From positions 1 to 64,000 of IMG/VR virus record IMGVR_UViG_3300046804_004738: a DNA stretch of 64,000 nt; one strand, 5' to 3'. Below are positions 59,208 through 64,000 of the stretch, piece by piece. Within the stretch, counting starts at the first letter, position 1, and every line of letters starts with the position of its first letter. The position numbers and the translations under genes were made by a program. The notes under the pieces are model-generated. The model did no database searches. It was not told the DNA's origin and saw only the letters and a list, made by a program, of their open reading frames with translations. This DNA is from a virus.

Positions 59208-59899
59208 TTACTTCTCCAAAACGTAGGGCTTGTTCCAACGACCAATGTTAACATCGATGTACCAGCCCACATCAAAGTAATCAACCATTGCATCCGAATT
59301 GTCATGATTACCCGCATTCATTGCCTCAATAAGTTCTTTAAGACAATTTCTTGCCACACCATCAAAGTGTTCCTTATACCAATAAGGGTTAACATCAATG
59401 TAATCTTTTGCAGGAGTAAAGCCACCATATGATGCGTAACGTGGGTTATCAATATTGAAACTATTGTAGTTACCAATAAAATCAACTGCACCCGACTTAA
59501 TGGTCAAGCAAAGGGTCATGTGATTACGCACAGACAAAGTGCCCCTAACACCATAATTCTTAAGAATTGCCTTGATGACTGGGGCGATCTTTGCTTTCTT
59601 TTCCTGAGACATGTATGCCATTTCGTTGCTCCTTAAGCAAATTCATAAAATTTTACAGACGGATCAAGTTGTTGTAATTCTTTAGCAACCTTAATCAGTG
59701 CCTTATATCTTGTTTGCACCTGTGCGCGGCTTAATTCTCCATCGCAGGTAAGATTTTCTGGACTGAGTTCGGCATCAATACTGTTGGCAATCTTTTGACG
59801 ATCGGCTGCATTACTAAGATTCAACTCAGCACTACCAAACATTTTGGACCAAGAATTTTTTCGTTCTACATATGATTCAAGATTAGAAAAATTGAACAT
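59208..59899 (-). CDS. Two early genes (59208-59621; 59633-59899)
   Basis: AAGGAG RBSs; true start of the second at 59899, directly after the cassette. Confidence 0.7.
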
Positions 59900-59960
59900 T
59901 TTGTGCTCCTTGTTATTGACTATACCGATATTATATCGCCAAATCCATTTATTGTCAACC
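59900..59960 (-). repeat. Promoter-leader-RBS repeat cassette
   Basis: ggTTGACAataaatggatttggcgaTATAATatcggtatagtcaataacAAGGAG on the - strand. Confidence 0.88.
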
Positions 59961-60611
59961 TTTTCTTTTTGACAAGTTTCTTGAGGGAAACTTTTTGCAC
60001 CAGATACATTTTGTACTAGAAACACCGTAAAAATAGAGGCCTGTGTTCGGAAATTGCACTTTACATGCACTACAGATAAATGTAGTCATTTCTGGCTCAG
60101 AATTATCAACTTTCGTTGGTTTCTTCGTTGTTTTTTTGGATGTGGATTTTTTTGGTAAGGGCATGTAGTCTATCCGCGCAATCACGTATATCCTCGCTAA
60201 GTTTGCCTACACCAATATTGGATTCGACAAACCTAGCGATATCATGTAGTTGCATTACTGGGTCATTAATTGTATCCAACGGTGTAATCCTCAGGTTCTA
60301 GCATATCCGCTTCAAGCACTGCATCTTGATAATTGGATGCATTTAGCACAATTACTTGCCCTTCTGCAAAACAAGCCATGTAATTTCCAGATACAGGATC
60401 AGTTTCAACACTTACTAAAAAATTACCCATTACAGTTTCTCCTTGATAAAATTAATAACATCATTTGCTTGTTTTAAATCACTTTTATCCAAAGCTTCAT
60501 CAATCATGTCCAACTGCATTGTATGCAATTCATTTACCATTGCATCAATAATTTGTCGTTTGCGATTCGCACTATTAAAAGTCACACGGTAATTAAAATT
60601 TTTGTAACTGT

Positions 60612-60758
60612 TCACTCTTTATCCTTTTTTTCCTGAGTTTTTTCAGGCATCATTCCCTTTGTGTACTCAGCGGTACTTTGTATGTCTTTTCCTAATCCAC
60701 CAATTGTATTACAGGCAGTTAATGCAAACATTACGATTAATGTCATTACAATTTTCAT
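60612..60758 (-). CDS. Entericidin EcnA/B-family lipoprotein
   Basis: MKIVMTLIVMFALTACNTIGGLGKDIQ; AAGGAG RBS. Confidence 0.8.
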   Translation of the reverse strand: MKIVMTLIVMFALTACNTIGGLGKDIQSTAEYTKGMMPEKTQEKKDKE

Positions 60759-60759
60759 A

Positions 60760-61207
60760 TTAATCCCACTCCTTATGATCACCAAATTTTTCATTGTCAT
60801 CAAACCCTGCCATATATTCTGCAATTTCTTCCTCAGTCAAATCGGTGATCCTAGCACCATGACCAGTGCCCTCGGGGTACCAGTGTGGTTGACGACCTCT
60901 GCGATAATAACTATCAGCACTACCGCGATCAAACAAACCACCATGTCGGTTACGATCAAACTGTGGTTCGTCTTTAAGAATTTTTACAACTTTCTCTTTA
61001 GTAACTTCCATATTAATCTCCTAAATAAACACTAGTACGGCGCTCAGATGCCCAACGCTTGTGTAACACTTTGGTCAACCAAGTTGTAAAATCTTTAGCA
61101 GCACCAAAATCTTGTACACATACCTTGTGACGCTGGCGAATTTCTTTTTCCTGCGTAGAATCAAAACCTAGTAACTTGAACAAACCTTGTTGTTTATTTG
61201 TTAACAT
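60760..61207 (-). CDS. Two early small genes (60760-61011; 61013-61207)
   Basis: HGGLFDRGSADSYY in the first; RBSs present. Confidence 0.65.
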
Positions 61208-61270
61208 GTTTATCTCCGTGTCAATCAATCAATACCGTTATCATATGCCCAAACGGATTTATTGTCAACC
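61208..61270 (-). repeat. Promoter-leader-RBS repeat cassette
   Basis: ggTTGACAataaatccgtttgggcaTATGATaacggtattgattgattgacacGGAG on the - strand. Confidence 0.85.
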
Positions 61271-61274
61271 GTTA

Positions 61275-62522
61275 TCATTTTGACAACACCTTAGCAAGAT
61301 AGTTGTGGATTTCATCCATTTCTTCCTGCTCAACATAAAAGTCGGTTAGTGGATCCCAATACTGACCTTGTTTTGGATCATAATACAGTACACGACCGTC
61401 TGAGTAGAAGAAAGGCCCCTCAAGTCCTTTACGGGGTTGAAATTTGTTGTCACGCTCACCAAGAACTTTATAGCCCATCATTCAACTCCAAAATGTTTTA
61501 GTACATAAGTACCAGGTGTTTGATATTGGTGTGCATTTATTGATGCGATATCCGCACATTCTTTTACTATTAGTTTGGCGAACCTTAGTATAGCCTCTCT
61601 ATTATACTCATCCATCTCATCCCAACAGCCTTGGGCTGTGAGTCCTGCTTCATACATAAGGTCGTCAAATATTGTCATAGTTTTTGTTTTATATTTGCAA
61701 TTACTTCCTCTGCTAAATCGGTAGTATCAACACTATCAGCAAAGGCTAATTGCATCATTTCAATAAGGCTGCGGCAATCACGCTGGTCTTTAGCTGGAAG
61801 TGTTGAGATAAAACTTTCTACACCTTCCATTGTTTCAATAGCCCACATAATATCACATAGTGCCATTTGTTTTTCAGTCAAGCCTTCTAATTGAATAATC
61901 AACTTAAATCCCCCAATAGCAGTTACATAAAAAATCTGCTGTTTCGTTATCATACAAATAACTTAAAGATTTCCATACAGAATCTTCAACATTATTGTAC
62001 TCGCGGAAACCTGTGTAAAGGTTTTTAAAAAACATCTCATCACCACGGGCTTCGGTATATCGCTCGGCTCGTTTTAAGAATTCTAGTGTGTACATTTTTA
62101 TTCCTCTTATACCATCTGTAAGGGGTTACGGCGACGCAAGTGTGCAAGTGCCTGCTCTTTACTATCAAACCTTCCTGAGATCGGTGTTTGATGACGACCA
62201 CGCACAATGTACCATCCGTTCAGTAATTTATTGAATACGACTTTCATAATTACATGCTCCAATAAGATTCGCTCGACGGGCTGCAAAAGTAAGGAGTGTC
62301 ATAACGCTCCTGAAACTCTTTACCGCCCATAAGATTTTTGCGGGTGACATAAGTTTCAAAAACTTCAACAATAAAACCCAACTTACGCTTGCCTTCAGCA
62401 ACCGCTTGAATGTAATCTTTAGTGCTAGGAGCAAAATCTTGTTTTGCATACAAGCGGCGACCTTCTTTGGTACGCTTGTCAGACTTGTAAATCTCAAGGG
62501 TATATTCAGTAAGCTTAGACAT
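61275..62522 (-). CDS. Operon of small early genes (62250-62522, 61904-62095, 61675-~61902, 61478-61678, 61275-61481)
   Basis: Coupled ORFs downstream of the cassette at 62523. Confidence 0.6.
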
Positions 62523-62582
62523 TTGAATCTCCTTATCAGTGACTATAACGATAGTATATCGCCAAACGGATTTATTGTCAAA
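62523..62582 (-). repeat. Promoter-leader-RBS repeat cassette
   Basis: TTGACAataaatccgtttggcgaTATACTatcgttatagtcactgatAAGGAG on the - strand. Confidence 0.85.
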
Positions 62583-62774
62583 TTTCGGGCAAAGATTTTT
62601 TGTGTTTTTGTTGTCTTTTGTACAACATTTTGCTTTTGACAACTTTTGGTTTGAATGGGAGGTCGTTATCAAAAAGAACACGGTGTGCCCTAGTTTTGAC
62701 GGGTGTTACAAAACTGATAATTTCTCTTTTCATGATAGTAAATTAGTAACAATATTTATTATACCATTATTGTA

Positions 62775-63143
62775 CTAGAATATGGAATTATTGTCAAATC
62801 TTACAATTTTGACAAGGGTATTATTTTTGTAGTAAAGCTTGCCTTTAAAATCAAAGTGTGCCTCACGTTCTATACCTTCCTCTGTTATAGTTTCCCTAAC
62901 GTAATTAGGATAACCCCAAACGTTTGCTCTTTTGCATTCTTGTTCGGTCATCCCTAATTGTGGTTCAACTGCAACATAAGGAGAATTTTTTTTAATTTCT
63001 TCTATTTGTTTTTTTAATACATAACTTTCATATTGGTCATGTAAAATTAAACCAATTAAAATCAAGGGAAAGATCCACATCCAATGCCAAAAAAATCCTA
63101 GAAAAAATCCTATAATTCCCGTAATTACTAAAAAACCTGCCAT
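62775..63143 (-). CDS. Membrane protein
   Basis: N-terminal TM segments; GMT...WG-x-P. Confidence 0.55.
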   Translation of the reverse strand: MAGFLVITGIIGFFLGFFWHWMWIFPLILIGLILHDQYESYVLKKQIEEIKKNSPYVAVEPQLGMTEQECKRANVWGYPNYVRETITEEGIEREAHFDFKGKLYYKNNTLVKIVRFDNNSIF

Positions 63144-63442
63144 TATAGTTCAAACTCAAATTCTTTTACACTTTTGATAATAAAACTACGCCACGCTTTG
63201 ATATCAGTATCATATACTGCTATGTAATCTTTTTCTTTATTTTTTTCTCTTTTATCCTGAGTACTCTCCAATAAAGGTATAACTTCAGGATTTAATGTAC
63301 AATTCATTACACGTTCAGTACCGTCTTTTTTAGTAAAAGTTATTTTAACATTACGTTCCTGCAATAAAACTTTTATCCAATGATTAAATCTTTCCCAATC
63401 ATTGTCATTCCAGTCTTTCGTAAGGTTTTTACTAGTTGTCAC
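63143..63442 (-). CDS. WYL_2/SH3-like beta-barrel protein
   Basis: FTKKDGTER-x-M-x-CTL...VYD...WRSF. Confidence 0.75.
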   Translation of the reverse strand: MTTSKNLTKDWNDNDWERFNHWIKVLLQERNVKITFTKKDGTERVMNCTLNPEVIPLLESTQDKREKNKEKDYIAVYDTDIKAWRSFIIKSVKEFEFEL

Positions 63443-63750
63443 TGTTCGACTCCTAAAATTTCTGTCGCTTCATTAACCTTTACCATGTCATCAAAAAATC
63501 TATAGCCATCTTCAATTAATCTTCTTGTATAAAATTTATTAAAGAAAAAAGCCATCATAATTTGAACAGGTAACCATGTGAGTGTAATTACTCCAAACAA
63601 CCATATTAAAAAATGCATCAGTGCTAATGAGTAATGTCCACGAAATACAGGAACCCAAAAGCCGAAAAACAAATAGGTCCAACTGAACCCATAAAAACCT
63701 CTTTTAATTATACCCGTTGTAGGGTGTCTCATTCTTATTGATTTTGCCAT
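63439..63750 (-). CDS. DUF2628-like membrane protein
   Basis: GFSWT-x-LFFG-x-x-x-P-x-FRG...NK-x-Y...LI-x-x-GY. Confidence 0.7.
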   Translation of the reverse strand: MAKSIRMRHPTTGIIKRGFYGFSWTYLFFGFWVPVFRGHYSLALMHFLIWLFGVITLTWLPVQIMMAFFFNKFYTRRLIEDGYRFFDDMVKVNEATEILGVEQ

Positions 63751-63989
63751 TATTCTTTCATAGGAGTAAAAAATGCGTCCTTGATTTTTTCAGGTGTCCA
63801 TGACTTTAAATAGTCATTGTCATCGTAACACAGTTTTATTGCATCTTCCTCTGAAACAACACGGTGACTAGAAATTGTCTCGCCTAAATGTAACTGACTA
63901 AACTCTTTTGCTTCTTCCATAGTAACTGTATCAAGTGCCCATTCTGACTTTCCAACTGGTACTTGCACACAATATCTATGCCTAAACAT
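63750..63989 (-). CDS. Hypothetical phage protein (probably 5'-truncated by window end)
   Basis: WALDTV-x-MEEAKEFSQ-x-HLGE. Confidence 0.6.
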   Translation of the reverse strand: MFRHRYCVQVPVGKSEWALDTVTMEEAKEFSQLHLGETISSHRVVSEEDAIKLCYDDNDYLKSWTPEKIKDAFFTPMKE

Positions 63990-64000
63990 TTGAACAGTTT

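Noticed and set aside
17232-62582. Repeats as a CRISPR array or IS ends
   Set aside because: Copies are dispersed rather than regularly spaced, match sigma70 promoters, and no cas or transposase gene is present.
1-64000. Stop-codon reassignment, introns or inteins
   Set aside because: Conserved genes (ligase, ClpX, ClpP, RNase H, UvsE) are full length and uninterrupted in the standard code.
1-64000. tRNA or rRNA genes
   Set aside because: No cloverleaf or T-loop signature seen in the short intergenic gaps; tRNAscan-SE would confirm.

Overview
AT-rich, densely coded 64-kb segment of a large lytic dsDNA phage (T4-like transcription signals, jumbo-phage-type gene content, standard genetic code). 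The Rieske oxygenase, ErpA, entericidin and ClpXP look proteobacterial, so the host is probably a betaproteobacterium (inference). Positions 1-58282 are almost all + strand. They encode DNA metabolism and modification genes (MazG, QueE, GT4, UvsE, DGQH-motif ParB/DndB-like protein, RNase H/5'-3' exonuclease, ATP-dependent ligase, dCMP deaminase, HAD nucleotidase), two tandem B12-binding radical SAM enzymes, and a methyltransferase plus twitch radical SAM pair. They also encode a proteostasis and translation set (ClpX, bS21, Hsp20 with a ROSE-like thermometer, ClpS, ClpP, IF1), SOD, ErpA, putative internal head proteins and three tail-fibre/adhesin genes. After a bidirectional terminator near 58.3 kb, small early-type genes run on the - strand. 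The most notable candidate systems are: (i) enzymes with T4-like capsid-targeting/propeptide leaders; (ii) many apparently leaderless transcripts in a phage that encodes IF1 and bS21; (iii) a repeated ~60-bp promoter-leader-RBS cassette; (iv) a dispersed family of at least 8 small 'F-x-L-[KR]-W' proteins that punctuate the radical SAM genes; (v) a possible DNA hypermodification locus. All calls come from motif recognition by eye; no database search was run.
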